Source: Candidatus Levyibacteriota bacterium (lineage in GTDB: Bacteria > Patescibacteriota > Microgenomatia > Levybacterales > UBA12049). Taken from it: a stretch of DNA of 64,000 bases. Of the stretch, positions 19,381-29,057 are shown in pieces. The stretch's first letter is position 1; each line of letters begins with the position of its first letter. The stretch lies in assembly GCA_963722305.1 (NCBI GenBank), contig CAVRKE010000001.1:309549-373548 (forward strand), read 5' to 3'. A model generated the notes under the pieces. The model saw only the letters and a list, made by a program, of their open reading frames with translations, ran no database searches and was not told the DNA's origin. Position numbers and translations under genes: made by a program.

Positions 19381-20583
19381 CTATTGGATACTGGAAATAA
19401 GGCTGTAAATCGGCGTAATTATTGAAATAATTAAAAAAGCCACGCCAATTCCCAGGACCACCATAATAAACGGTTCCATTGCCGTGGTTAAGCCCTTGAC
19501 TGTTTCGTCAACCTCCCTTTCGAAATATTCCGATGCCTTGTTTAGTGTCTCGTCAATTTTACCTGTCTGTTCGCCGATTTTTACCAGTTGAACCAGAAGA
19601 GAAGGAAAAAGCGGATTATAACTCATCGCATCACCGATAGTGACGCCTTTTTCAACCTGGCTGGAAACAGCCGTAATTGCATTTTTGTAATTAAGGTTTC
19701 CGGTTGTATCCGAAGTTTCCAAAAGCGCTTGCACGACCAGCGTTCCGGTTCCGACCAACAAACCGAAAGTTCTGGAAAACTCCGCCAAAATAGTCTTGCT
19801 GATTAAGTTGCCAAAAACCGGCAGCTTTAAAATAAAGGTGTCTAAAATTAATCTCCCGTCGGGGGTGTGTGACCACTTGCGAAAACCGAAAAATCCCAGC
19901 ACTACGGCAATTAAGACAATCGGCCAAAAAGTTACCATTGCGCTTGATATACCGATGACAATTTGTGTCGGCAAAGGGAGGGGAACATTTAAATTTTGAT
20001 AGAGTATGGACAGCTGGGGCATCACATAAACCATCATAATCATCATCACTACCACCATCAAAATAACTACTATCACCGGATACATTAGCGCCGACCTAAT
20101 GGTGCTTTTTAATTTTTCCTGTTTTTCCAGGTTATCCGCCAACCTGGCTAAAACCTTGTCCAAAAGGCCCGATTGTTCTCCCGCTTTAATAATTGAAATA
20201 TAAATCGGCGAAAAAACTTTTGGATGTTTCTCGATTGCCTGGGCCAAGGTTTTACCTTCCTCTACGTCATTAATGATGGTGGTTACAATCTCTGCCATAT
20301 GCGCATTCGGCATCTGGTCTTTTAAAATATCCAGAGCGCGCATTAAGGTCAAGCCCGAAGCAAGCATCGAGGAAAGTTGCCTGGTAAAAAGCACCAAATC
20401 GGAATTTTTGACGCTGTTAAACATCGGCAGATAATTCCAAAATTGATTATCAATTCTGGTAATCTGAATGGGGGTTAATTGCTTTGCCCGTAAATAATTT
20501 GCCGCCTCGTCAATATCTTTAGCATCTAAAAGACCTTGGGATAATTTTCCTTCTTTGGTTGCAGCTTTATATCTTAGTCTCAT
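19381..20583 (-). CDS. pilC: Type IV pilus assembly platform protein PilC (GspF family)
   Basis: About 400 aa with two GspF-type repeats and 3 TM segments. Confidence 0.85.
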   Translation of the reverse strand: MRLRYKAATKEGKLSQGLLDAKDIDEAANYLRAKQLTPIQITRIDNQFWNYLPMFNSVKNSDLVLFTRQLSSMLASGLTLMRALDILKDQMPNAHMAEIVTTIINDVEEGKTLAQAIEKHPKVFSPIYISIIKAGEQSGLLDKVLARLADNLEKQEKLKSTIRSALMYPVIVVILMVVVMMIMMVYVMPQLSILYQNLNVPLPLPTQIVIGISSAMVTFWPIVLIAVVLGFFGFRKWSHTPDGRLILDTFILKLPVFGNLISKTILAEFSRTFGLLVGTGTLVVQALLETSDTTGNLNYKNAITAVSSQVEKGVTIGDAMSYNPLFPSLLVQLVKIGEQTGKIDETLNKASEYFEREVDETVKGLTTAMEPFIMVVLGIGVAFLIISIITPIYSLISSIQ

Positions 20584-20659
20584 ATTTACTAATTTCGTTT
20601 GCTACTTTCGGATTTTATTCCTCAGTCCCTCAACCTACGGTCTCGGGATCTCACTTCGT

Positions 20660-21727
20660 TCAACCCACCATTCTTAACAGTTCTTCGGGTCTTAAGGAAT
20701 AACTTTTTGCCGTCTCAAGACTAACTGTTCCGGAGAGAACCAAAGAAGCCAAAGATGATTCAAGCGTTATCATTCCCGCGTCCTGTGAAGTTTGGATGAC
20801 CGAATCAATCAAGTGCGTTTTTCCTTCCCTGATGTTACTGGCAATAGCCGAAGTGCCAATTAATACCTCCACTCCGGGAATTCTTCCTCCGTTTATCTGC
20901 GGAATTAATCTTTGCGCAATTACTCCTTTTAAAGTCGACGACAGCTGAATCCTAATTTGGTCTTGCTGGGAAGCCGGAAATGAATCAATAATCCTGTCGA
21001 TGGTTTGCGCCGCCGAGTTGGTATGTAGAGTTGAAAACACCAAGTGGCCGGTTTCGGCAATCGTAATCGCCGCCGCAATCGTTTCCGGATCACGCATTTC
21101 TCCAACCAGTACCACATCCGGGTCTTCCCTGAGTGCACTGCGAAGCGCTAGCGCCCAAGAATGAGTGTCCAAGTCCATCTCCCTTTGCGAGATAATACTT
21201 TTGCCGGTGGAATAAACATATTCAATCGGGTCCTCAATCGTCAAAATGTGCACTGCCCGGCTTAAGTTAATCTCGTTTAGCATTGCCGCCAGAGTAGTGG
21301 ATTTTCCATGGCCGGTCGGTCCGGTCACCAACACAAATCCCTGTTTAAGCGTGGTAAAACTATGACAAATTTTCGGAAGATGCAATTCTTCTATGGTCCT
21401 AATGTTTGGTTGTAAAAAGCGGAAGGCGGCGCTTAAAACGCCTCGTTGGTAATACAGGTTCGTTCTGAACCTTCCCAAATCGCCATAAGCCCCTCCGCCA
21501 AATCCAAACGAGAAATCAATTTCTTTATTATTGATTAAAAGCTCTTTTTGTTCGGGTTTTAAGATGGAAAAAATCATCATTTCCAACTCCTGGGGAGTAA
21601 TTACTTGGTAGCTCGATAGATATCTTAGCGCTCCGTCTATCCTGATTGCCGGAGGAATTCCCGGCAAAAGGTGCAAATCCGAAGCGTTATTTTTAATTGT
21701 TAAGTCTAATAACTCATGTATTTCCAT
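20660..21727 (-). CDS. pilT: Twitching motility/retraction ATPase PilT
   Basis: Walker A GPTGHGKST; Asp box; His box (STLHTNSAAQTIDRI); 355 aa. Confidence 0.8.
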   Translation of the reverse strand: MEIHELLDLTIKNNASDLHLLPGIPPAIRIDGALRYLSSYQVITPQELEMMIFSILKPEQKELLINNKEIDFSFGFGGGAYGDLGRFRTNLYYQRGVLSAAFRFLQPNIRTIEELHLPKICHSFTTLKQGFVLVTGPTGHGKSTTLAAMLNEINLSRAVHILTIEDPIEYVYSTGKSIISQREMDLDTHSWALALRSALREDPDVVLVGEMRDPETIAAAITIAETGHLVFSTLHTNSAAQTIDRIIDSFPASQQDQIRIQLSSTLKGVIAQRLIPQINGGRIPGVEVLIGTSAIASNIREGKTHLIDSVIQTSQDAGMITLESSLASLVLSGTVSLETAKSYSLRPEELLRMVG

Positions 21728-21796
21728 AATCCTAGTTTATTAGTCACTAGTTGAGCAGTTACTAGTATCTAGTATCTAACCAACTAATAACTAGTC

Positions 21797-23545
21797 TTAT
21801 TCTTGTGCCACCCTTAGTACTTCTTCAACCGTCGTTACTCCTTGCAAAACCTTGAGGTAACCATCCTGTTTCATGGTGATCATTCCCTCCAATATCGCCT
21901 CTTTTTCAATTGTACCACTATCCGCTCGCTGCAAAACAAGACTGGCAACTTTTTCCGAAACAGGCAGGGTTTCGAAAATTCCTATCCTGCCAAAATAGCC
22001 GGAGTTGCCACATTCCGCGCAGCCTTTTCCTCGATAAAACTTCACTGTTGCATCCGGCTTTTCCGGCGGAAAATATTTACCAAGCACTATCTTCATTTCC
22101 GCCACAATCTGGGCAGGCGGGACATATTCGGCCCGGCAACTGTTGCAAACTTTTCTGACAATTCTTTGTCCTAGCACCGCATTCATGGTTGAAGCGAGCA
22201 AGAATGATTCCGCTCCTAAATCTAAAAGTCTGGGGAGCGCTCCGGCAGCATTTGAAGTGTGCAGAGTAGAGAAGACCAAATGGCCGGTTAAAGCCGCTTG
22301 AATGGCCAATTCGGTGGTTTCGTTGTCACGAATTTCGCCAACCAGAATGATATTGGGGTCCTGTCTTAAAAACGCCCTTAAACCATCCGCAAAAGTTAAG
22401 CCGACTGCCGGATTTATCTGTACCTGGTTGATGCCGGCCATCTGATACTCAATCGGGTCCTCAAGCGTCATAATGTTGACACGCGTGGTATTCAGTTTGG
22501 AAAGAACCGAATAAAGAGTCGTCGTTTTTCCACTCCCTGTTGGTCCAACGACAATAATAATGCCGTGCGGCCGAAGCATCGCCGTTTCCAAATTTCGCAG
22601 TGACGCACCGTTAAGCCCCAACTCCTGAAGTGTCGGGACTCCGCCGGATTTACGCAGGAGTCTCATCACGATTTTTTCTCCGAAAGATGTCGGCAAGACC
22701 GAAATACGCAGGTCAACCTCTTTATCTTCGACTTTAAAATTAAAACGACCATCCTGCGGAGTACGGTGTTCGTCAATTTTCATTTCGGAAAGGATTTTAA
22801 TTCTTGAGATAACCGCCTCCTGGACGCTTTTGGGCAAAGACAACCGGTCATATAAAATTCCGTCAATCCTGTACCTGACCCTAACCCGGTCTTCCTGCGG
22901 CTCAATGTGGATATCCGAAGCACGTGAGGTAACGGCGTACTCCAGAATGGTCGAAACGATTTTGGCAATCGGCGCCTCTTTGATAATCTGGGCGATTTGG
23001 GTGGTGTCGACTGTTTTTACTTTTCCGGCTTCTTCCGTTTCTTTTAAAGCCGCGCCGACTTCTCCGACAATTTCCTGCCGGTACTGCTGGTTAATGGCAT
23101 TTTCCACATCGGTGGGGGAGGAGGCGAAGGTTTTGATGTTTAACCCGGTCTTTTCCCGGACAAAAGTCACTGCTTCTAGGTCTACCGGATTACTCATGGC
23201 TACCGACAGCGTCTGGGTTTTTTCGTCAAAAGCAAAAGGAATTAGCGAAAATCTTTCGGCGACCGCCCTGGGCACATAGCCGACAGCCTGCGGTGAAAAT
23301 GAAGAGGTATCCAGCGTCATAAAAGGGATGCCGAGCAGTTTGGCTTTTTCTTCGGAAAGTTTATCGGGAGTAATAATGTTTAAGGATTCGATAATCGTTT
23401 CTTCGGAAACGCCTTTGCTGGCGCTTTTTACTTTGACATCGTCGTATTGGGTTTTGGTAATCTGCTTATCTGCCAGAAGAATATCCGCCAAAGTTTGGTT
23501 TCCTCCAGTAGTTTGAGATGACAGGTTCTGTGAATCGTCGGGCAT
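21797..23545 (-). CDS. pilB: Type IV pilus assembly ATPase PilB (GspE family)
   Basis: GspE N-terminal domain; Walker A GPTGSGKTTT; C-terminal tetra-Cys (CNSCRAEY...CAECGNSGY). Confidence 0.85.
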   Translation of the reverse strand: MPDDSQNLSSQTTGGNQTLADILLADKQITKTQYDDVKVKSASKGVSEETIIESLNIITPDKLSEEKAKLLGIPFMTLDTSSFSPQAVGYVPRAVAERFSLIPFAFDEKTQTLSVAMSNPVDLEAVTFVREKTGLNIKTFASSPTDVENAINQQYRQEIVGEVGAALKETEEAGKVKTVDTTQIAQIIKEAPIAKIVSTILEYAVTSRASDIHIEPQEDRVRVRYRIDGILYDRLSLPKSVQEAVISRIKILSEMKIDEHRTPQDGRFNFKVEDKEVDLRISVLPTSFGEKIVMRLLRKSGGVPTLQELGLNGASLRNLETAMLRPHGIIIVVGPTGSGKTTTLYSVLSKLNTTRVNIMTLEDPIEYQMAGINQVQINPAVGLTFADGLRAFLRQDPNIILVGEIRDNETTELAIQAALTGHLVFSTLHTSNAAGALPRLLDLGAESFLLASTMNAVLGQRIVRKVCNSCRAEYVPPAQIVAEMKIVLGKYFPPEKPDATVKFYRGKGCAECGNSGYFGRIGIFETLPVSEKVASLVLQRADSGTIEKEAILEGMITMKQDGYLKVLQGVTTVEEVLRVAQE

Positions 23546-23554
23546 TACTATTAT

Positions 23555-23590
23555 AGTAATTGTTTTTGCGTTATAATGTCAACAATAATG
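23555..23590 (-). promoter_or_regulatory. Sigma70-like promoter for pilB (TTGACA-18-TACTAT), near-leaderless
   Basis: Minus-strand reading ...TTGACATTATAACGCAAAAACAATTACTATAATAGTA-ATG. Confidence 0.4.
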
Positions 23591-23747
23591 TTTCAAAATA
23601 GAGCTCATAATTACGCGAATTTAATTGACCTAGAATTATTGAAATTAGAAATGGGAAGTTGAAAATTGAATCCTTGAAATCTGGAATTCTAGAAATCGAA
23701 AAATCAAAATCCAGAAAATCCAACTTCCGATATCAAGAAATCAAAAT

Positions 23748-24413
23748 ATGACACAAAGCGTTTTAATTGTCGGGGAAAAAGAAAAAGCCAGGGAGAAAGC
23801 CTTAAACATTGCCCGGGAAAATTCAATTTCCCGGTTCGACATTGAAATAATCGAAACGGAAAAAGCGGTCGGGATAGGGGACATTCGACGTTTGCAGAAA
23901 AAGATTTGGCTCAAGCCGATTAAAAGTGAAATAAAAGCGGTAATTTTGGAAGCGTTTTATGAGATGACGGTGGAAAGCCAGAATGCCTTCCTGAAAATGT
24001 TGGAAGAACCGCCTGCCAATACAATTGTGATAATTCTTGTTTCCTCTTTGGATTTTTTACTTCCGACAGTCCTCTCCAGATGCAATTTAATTAACCTTAA
24101 TCAGCTCAAGAATCTTTCAGACGAAGATATGGAAAGTAACCTGAGATTAATTCTTGACCTTAAAAACCAAGGACACGCAAACGCATTAGTGCTGACCCAA
24201 AAGAATTCAAAAGATAAAGAAACCGCCTTGCAATTTTTAGAGAATTTAATAGTGGCCGCACACCAGGCCTTAGAAAGTAATACCGCTGAATTCTCGACTG
24301 AGGATTTGCGAAAAATTCTAAAGAATTTACAGGCAACTTATACGCTGATTAAATCAACCAACGTCAATGTCCGCTTTGCCCTGGAGAATTTATTTTTGAA
24401 CTTCCTTATTTAA
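23748..24413 (+). CDS. holB: DNA polymerase III delta-prime-like subunit
   Basis: AAA+-like fold with ...AFLKMLEEPP...TIVIIL...LSRCNLINL (SRC motif) typical of HolB. Confidence 0.7.
   Translation: MTQSVLIVGEKEKAREKALNIARENSISRFDIEIIETEKAVGIGDIRRLQKKIWLKPIKSEIKAVILEAFYEMTVESQNAFLKMLEEPPANTIVIILVSSLDFLLPTVLSRCNLINLNQLKNLSDEDMESNLRLILDLKNQGHANALVLTQKNSKDKETALQFLENLIVAAHQALESNTAEFSTEDLRKILKNLQATYTLIKSTNVNVRFALENLFLNFLI
24365..24403 (+). repeat. Direct repeat, copy A (the holB 3' end); the partner is at 25886-25924
   Basis: 39 nt, 36/39 identical: CAATGTCCGCtTTGCccTGGAGAATTTATTTTTGAACTT. Confidence 0.85.
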
Positions 24414-24457
24414 AACCCATAGTTTTATTTCCCGGCTAATTTTGCTATAATCGAAAA

Positions 24458-24907
24458 ATGATTAATGGATGGATGATTGTCCCTACATCAGACGGATTTA
24501 AATTACGAACAGAAGAAGCAATCGCCGGGCGAACTAACGGTGCTATTCTTTATACTGAAACATGGGGCGAACGTGATGTTCGGACTCGATTTTCCGGAGC
24601 TTTTGATTTAGGGGAAGGAAGCAAATATTACGAATTTAGCCTTGAAATTGATCAATCAGCAAGCATAGGTTTACCCTTTTCGCAAATTCACGTAGGTTTC
24701 AATCAAGAACTTCTCGGGGCAACGGCGCTCTCAAAAAGGGCACGCAAGAAAGCAATTGAATTAGCCGCAACCCTTCCTGAGGAACTTAAAACACTAGGAT
24801 CAAGGTTAGACAAAAGAGAACTAGCGGAAGCATGGCGAAAGACACTTGAAATTTACGATGAAATACCCCATGGAGAATCTGCTTCTCCTCAAGGAAGAAT
24901 AAAATAA
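24458..24907 (+). CDS. Hypothetical protein (149 aa)
   Basis: ORF preceded by an extended -10 TGCTATAAT at 24434. Confidence 0.4.
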   Translation: MINGWMIVPTSDGFKLRTEEAIAGRTNGAILYTETWGERDVRTRFSGAFDLGEGSKYYEFSLEIDQSASIGLPFSQIHVGFNQELLGATALSKRARKKAIELAATLPEELKTLGSRLDKRELAEAWRKTLEIYDEIPHGESASPQGRIK

Positions 24908-24970
24908 GCACGATAAGTTCTAAATCTCTACAAGTAAAAGCTCACGTGTATAATCTGCTAAAATAAAAGC

Positions 24971-25873
24971 ATGAATTTATCTACAAACAGACAGGGAGAG
25001 TTATCGGTACTTTCGGAGGCTGCCCTGTGGGGACTGTTTCCGGTTGTTACCGTTTTATCGGAAGACAAGGTTGCACCGCTGGTGGCTTTGGGATTTAGTA
25101 CTCTCTTCGCCTGCATATTTTTTGCCGTAGTTTTAACCCTGAAGAAAAAATGGAAAGAGTTGCTGCAAAAATCCGCGCTTTCGGATATTTTAATTTCAAC
25201 CTTACTTCTGGGCATAATTTATTACGTTCTGACTTTTTTTGCCCTTCTGCACACCAGCCCCGGCAATGCCAGCATTATTGGGGTGGTAGAAATATTTTTC
25301 AGTTTTCTGTTCTTCCATGTATGGCGTAAAGAAGAACTGGTGAAATGGCACGTTGTCGGCGCAATCTTTATGGTAATCGGAGTCATCATTATTTTTTCCC
25401 CGAATTTTCGCCAGTTTCAAATCGGTGACTTATTAATTTTGCTGGCAACCGCAATTGCTCCTTTCGGCAATTTTTTTCAAAGAAGAGCCAGAACAAAAGT
25501 TAGCAGTGAAAGCATCTTGTTTATCAGAACTGCCATCAGCGCAGCAGTGATTTTGTTTATGGCGCTTTTACTCGGTAATTCTTTTTCGGTGCGCGGACTT
25601 TCCGACATTTGGCTGTTGCTTATTATTAACGGCGCGGTTATTTTGGGATTTTCCAAAATTCTCTGGATTGAAGGGATTCACCGCATTAGTGTTATGAAAG
25701 CTAACGCTTTGGCAACCGTCGCACCGCCCACAACTTTAATTTTTGCCTGGCTCATATTGCAAAAAGCTCCAACTATATACCAACTATTTTCCTTTGTGCC
25801 GATATTTATCGGGGTAATATTTTTAAGCATTAACAAACGGGTTTCAAAGCAGGAAGCCGAACAACACGATTAA
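24971..25873 (+). CDS. EamA/DMT-family transporter (10 TM)
   Basis: Two repeats of 5 TM helices; about 300 aa. Confidence 0.6.
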   Translation: MNLSTNRQGELSVLSEAALWGLFPVVTVLSEDKVAPLVALGFSTLFACIFFAVVLTLKKKWKELLQKSALSDILISTLLLGIIYYVLTFFALLHTSPGNASIIGVVEIFFSFLFFHVWRKEELVKWHVVGAIFMVIGVIIIFSPNFRQFQIGDLLILLATAIAPFGNFFQRRARTKVSSESILFIRTAISAAVILFMALLLGNSFSVRGLSDIWLLLIINGAVILGFSKILWIEGIHRISVMKANALATVAPPTTLIFAWLILQKAPTIYQLFSFVPIFIGVIFLSINKRVSKQEAEQHD

Positions 25874-25885
25874 ATCAAGCATTTC

Positions 25886-25924
25886 CAATGTCCGCATTGC
25901 TTTGGAGAATTTATTTTTGAACTT
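25886..25924 (+). repeat. Direct repeat, copy B (a duplicated holB 3' end)
   Basis: See copy A; it lies immediately after the EamA gene stop. Confidence 0.85.
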
Positions 25925-25955
25925 TTAGGAAAAAGGTGCTATAATCTACAATACT

Positions 25956-26225
25956 ATGAGTCGCTTAGAGAATGGGGCAACAGCGGGACATTTTTTTGAA
26001 GATGGAGAAGATAGTACCGCACTACTTGGCAGAGCAGGGCAATTGATTGAAATTGAAGAAATTCTTCAACAGGGAGGAGTTCTTCCGGCAATCGAATATC
26101 GTATCGGCACCGACGCAAATAGACTTTTAACAGCGGGCGATTTACCTCTTATCGGCGCGGCGATCGACATAATCTCTCAAACAATTGCACCATCGAGCGC
26201 TGACATTGCAGCAATTCGCTACTAA
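25956..26225 (+). CDS. Hypothetical protein (89 aa)
   Basis: ORF 13 nt downstream of GTGCTATAATCT (the same box as at 28412). Confidence 0.3.
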   Translation: MSRLENGATAGHFFEDGEDSTALLGRAGQLIEIEEILQQGGVLPAIEYRIGTDANRLLTAGDLPLIGAAIDIISQTIAPSSADIAAIRY

Positions 26226-26275
26226 TCGGATAGTGTCAGAGAATTTGTTGCTGAACAAGAAACTTTTCGGGGAAC

Positions 26276-26539
26276 TCAATGCTTAAAGTTACTATGTTCA
26301 AACTGAGCGCCGTCTTTTGTAACAATAAAGTCTACGTCCCGAGTATACGCGGGTTTATCTCCGACTGCGGGGATTTCAGTCCTGGTTGAAAACCTAACTT
26401 CTTCTTGCTCTACTCTAGAACAGATCATTACTTGCGGATTAGGCATTACTATTGGTAGAGAAGGCTCCGGAGCATGTAAATCGGAAATTTCTAAGCGCGG
26501 TGCCCTAGTGCCAGCACTGATATCTATATGAACCTCCAT
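26276..26539 (-). CDS. Hypothetical protein (87 aa)
   Basis: ORF only; about 50% GC, higher than the surrounding sequence. Confidence 0.3.
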   Translation of the reverse strand: MEVHIDISAGTRAPRLEISDLHAPEPSLPIVMPNPQVMICSRVEQEEVRFSTRTEIPAVGDKPAYTRDVDFIVTKDGAQFEHSNFKH

Positions 26540-26805
26540 CCAGTAACATCCAGGTAAGCCTCGACCAACCTTAGGGGATTTTTACCTTCACTCTTAGCTA
26601 CACTTGGTCCGTTTTGCATTAGCGGACAGGTTGCGCCGGTAAGCCGCATTATGGTTCTGACGTCATCTGGAGTTAAAGCCGATAATGGTTTAATGTCTGT
26701 AGTTCCTGCTGCTAATTCGGCAGCTGCTGTCTGATCTGGCCTTGGTGCTTCTGGTGGTCTTGCCATAATTACTTGGGGCAGAATAAAGCGATTATAAAGA
26801 GCCAA
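26524..26805 (-). CDS. Hypothetical protein (93 aa)
   Basis: ORF only; overlaps the next ORF by 16 nt. Confidence 0.3.
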   Translation of the reverse strand: MALYNRFILPQVIMARPPEAPRPDQTAAAELAAGTTDIKPLSALTPDDVRTIMRLTGATCPLMQNGPSVAKSEGKNPLRLVEAYLDVTGWRFI

Positions 26806-26827
26806 AATGCGGATGTCAAGAACAATT

Positions 26828-27268
26828 TTAGCCGATGGTTTGCTGGCCGAGGCTTTTTCTGATGGCCGACTCGATTACTCGTTGGCCGACCACAATGTCG
26901 TGTTTTGTTTGCTCGGAAAGATTTAATTTGGGAACTTGTTTAAAGCTAAACCAGGCAAACCGGCCTTCTTTGGCTAACATTTTTTTGCCGACTCTTTTCA
27001 CTTCGGCATAATAGATACTGTGGTCTTTATCCGTTCCGCTGGCATAACGCGTATAAATGTAGAAAATTTTTTTGAGGCTGATTTTTAGGTTTAAGTGTTT
27101 TGAAATTAAATCTTTGAATGTTTGTTCACCCGAAGCTTCTGCGCCAACCTCATTTTCCAGTAAGGCCCATGGACCATTTTCGTCGGCGTTATTTTGTTGT
27201 TGCAAGAGAATTTGCTGAGACAGGGGATTGTATAGAAATCCGCTTGCATAAAAATCATTATGCATCAA
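26828..27268 (-). CDS. Hypothetical protein (146 aa)
   Basis: ORF only; no clear motif. Confidence 0.35.
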   Translation of the reverse strand: MMHNDFYASGFLYNPLSQQILLQQQNNADENGPWALLENEVGAEASGEQTFKDLISKHLNLKISLKKIFYIYTRYASGTDKDHSIYYAEVKRVGKKMLAKEGRFAWFSFKQVPKLNLSEQTKHDIVVGQRVIESAIRKSLGQQTIG

Positions 27269-27367
27269 TATATTATACCACTATTTGAACCGCTTTTGTC
27301 GGGGAAAATAGAGCCAGGATTTATCTCTTATTGACAAGGTAAATCAATAACTTTATACTCCTAAAAC

Positions 27368-27577
27368 ATGAGTCGATGGATAGAAGCAGCCAAAGCGTGG
27401 AGGATAAAAGGCCAGGCCGCACAGACCGGTATTGATGCAACAGCACCTCATTTGCCTAGTTACTTAGCTCGATATGAATACGGGCAAGGTATTTATGAAG
27501 GAGTAACGATTTATATCAATGCTGCTCGTAAAGTTATTGGAGGTGTTGGAAAAGTTCTGCAAAGGCCTAAATCATGA
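27368..27577 (+). CDS. Hypothetical protein (69 aa)
   Basis: ATGA overlap with the following ORF suggests translational coupling. Confidence 0.3.
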   Translation: MSRWIEAAKAWRIKGQAAQTGIDATAPHLPSYLARYEYGQGIYEGVTIYINAARKVIGGVGKVLQRPKS

Positions 27578-27996
27578 CTGAAATAAGAAGAACCAGACGG
27601 CTTGACCACATTACTTCACCGCTACCTGATGGGGAACTGGATGACATTTTAGCTCAACTCGACACAATTTCGGCTCACTTAAGTAATCCGAAAAATCCCA
27701 CCTTAGGTAATCCAGATAATCCCGCCGGAGAAAGAGCCGTTTATGAGGCAGAACAATGGGGATGGCAAAAATACTTACAGACTTTAGGCAGAACACCACA
27801 TTTACCGCCGGCAGAACAGACCGAAAGTGCCGAAAAGCTTGTTCGCTATTTTTGCGCAATTGGAGCCTCGGGTGGAATCAATCAATATTCGCCCAGAGCC
27901 CTCAGGGAATATTTTCTGAATGTTCATTTGGACGGGTCGCTACTTATCACTGTCAATGAAAGCGCCGTTAGACGAACGGGCATCCCTCAACCATAA
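27574..27996 (+). CDS. Hypothetical protein (140 aa)
   Basis: ORF only. Confidence 0.35.
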   Translation: MTEIRRTRRLDHITSPLPDGELDDILAQLDTISAHLSNPKNPTLGNPDNPAGERAVYEAEQWGWQKYLQTLGRTPHLPPAEQTESAEKLVRYFCAIGASGGINQYSPRALREYFLNVHLDGSLLITVNESAVRRTGIPQP

Positions 27997-28044
27997 CCGC
28001 GGTAGAGATACGGAGGATTTGATTTTTAAGCCTCTAGTGATATA

Positions 28045-28374
28045 ATGCTGCGTATGCCAAAAATTACTCCAGACAGACCAAGCGCAGAGCGACAAATGGC
28101 AATCAAACTAGCAATGACGGCAGAAGCAAGACCGCTTATTTTAGATACGCTTATATCTTTCAGCCATGTTGGAACAATAACGGTACGAGCAGTTGATTTG
28201 CGCACAGAAATTCCAAATATCCTTAAAGCTGAAAAGAAAGAGGGGGAAGAACCGCCGGAAGAAATATTTTCTATGGCCCTGGATCTACTTGTAGAAATGG
28301 GCCAAGTAACCCGCGTACCACGTCCTACTACTGACGGGGGTACTGAAAACTGGTATGAACGAGTCCAACGATAG
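28045..28374 (+). CDS. Hypothetical protein (109 aa)
   Basis: Preceded by TGATATAAT at 28033. Confidence 0.35.
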   Translation: MLRMPKITPDRPSAERQMAIKLAMTAEARPLILDTLISFSHVGTITVRAVDLRTEIPNILKAEKKEGEEPPEEIFSMALDLLVEMGQVTRVPRPTTDGGTENWYERVQR

Positions 28375-28390
28375 CGCCGTTCTCTCCGGG

Positions 28391-28425
28391 AAAAATTTGG
28401 GTTTATAGTCCTGCGGTGCTATAAT
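28391..28425 (+). promoter_or_regulatory. Island promoter motif copy 1 (AAAAATTTGGGT -35 ... 17 nt ... TATAAT); transcript for the 28437 ORF is near-leaderless
   Basis: A-tract plus TTGGGT at 28397-28402, a 17-nt spacer, TATAAT at 28420-28425, ATG at 28437. Confidence 0.5.
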
Positions 28426-28436
28426 CTGTTCTAACT

Positions 28437-28997
28437 ATGAGCGGAGAAAGAGGTAGTACCGGACATGGTTCTCAAGATGATGAAAATCAGCCTGGCGCGG
28501 AAAGAGACGGACCGTTCGCACCGCTCGAGGCAATTTTCTTACTAATTCAAAAAGACTCGGACAAGAAGCATATCTCCCCAAGAGAAAATCCTACAGCTGT
28601 TACATTTGGTCTTTACGTAGACACCGAATTTCGTAAATATATCTTGCATATTAGTCCTGCACACATCGTCGATGGAGTATTTAACGAAGCCGCCTTAAAT
28701 TTATACGAAGTGCGAACTGATAAAGTCCAGGGCAAACATGGCCAAGAAGTTGTTTGGACCAGACAACATATGCAGCAATGGCTGGTAAGAACAACCTGGG
28801 TTGACGGCGAACCTAAAATTACCGACAAAGATATCGATCCTATCATAGTTCAAACCGACGGAAATATTATCGGGCTACTCCCAATCGCAGAACGAGCAAG
28901 AGAAATCCTCCAAGAAAGGGGAACGAGAACCAGTAATCAACAAGCATTCGGCGCCGTTTTTATACCAAAACCTCCCAATGTTGGTAGTATTAATTAG
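28437..28997 (+). CDS. Hypothetical protein (186 aa)
   Basis: ORF with the motif promoter. Confidence 0.45.
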   Translation: MSGERGSTGHGSQDDENQPGAERDGPFAPLEAIFLLIQKDSDKKHISPRENPTAVTFGLYVDTEFRKYILHISPAHIVDGVFNEAALNLYEVRTDKVQGKHGQEVVWTRQHMQQWLVRTTWVDGEPKITDKDIDPIIVQTDGNIIGLLPIAERAREILQERGTRTSNQQAFGAVFIPKPPNVGSIN

Positions 28998-29057
28998 TTG
29001 AGGAGAAATCCCGCGGGCCGAAGATACCCATTGAGCAAAAAATTTGAGGCGGAACCT

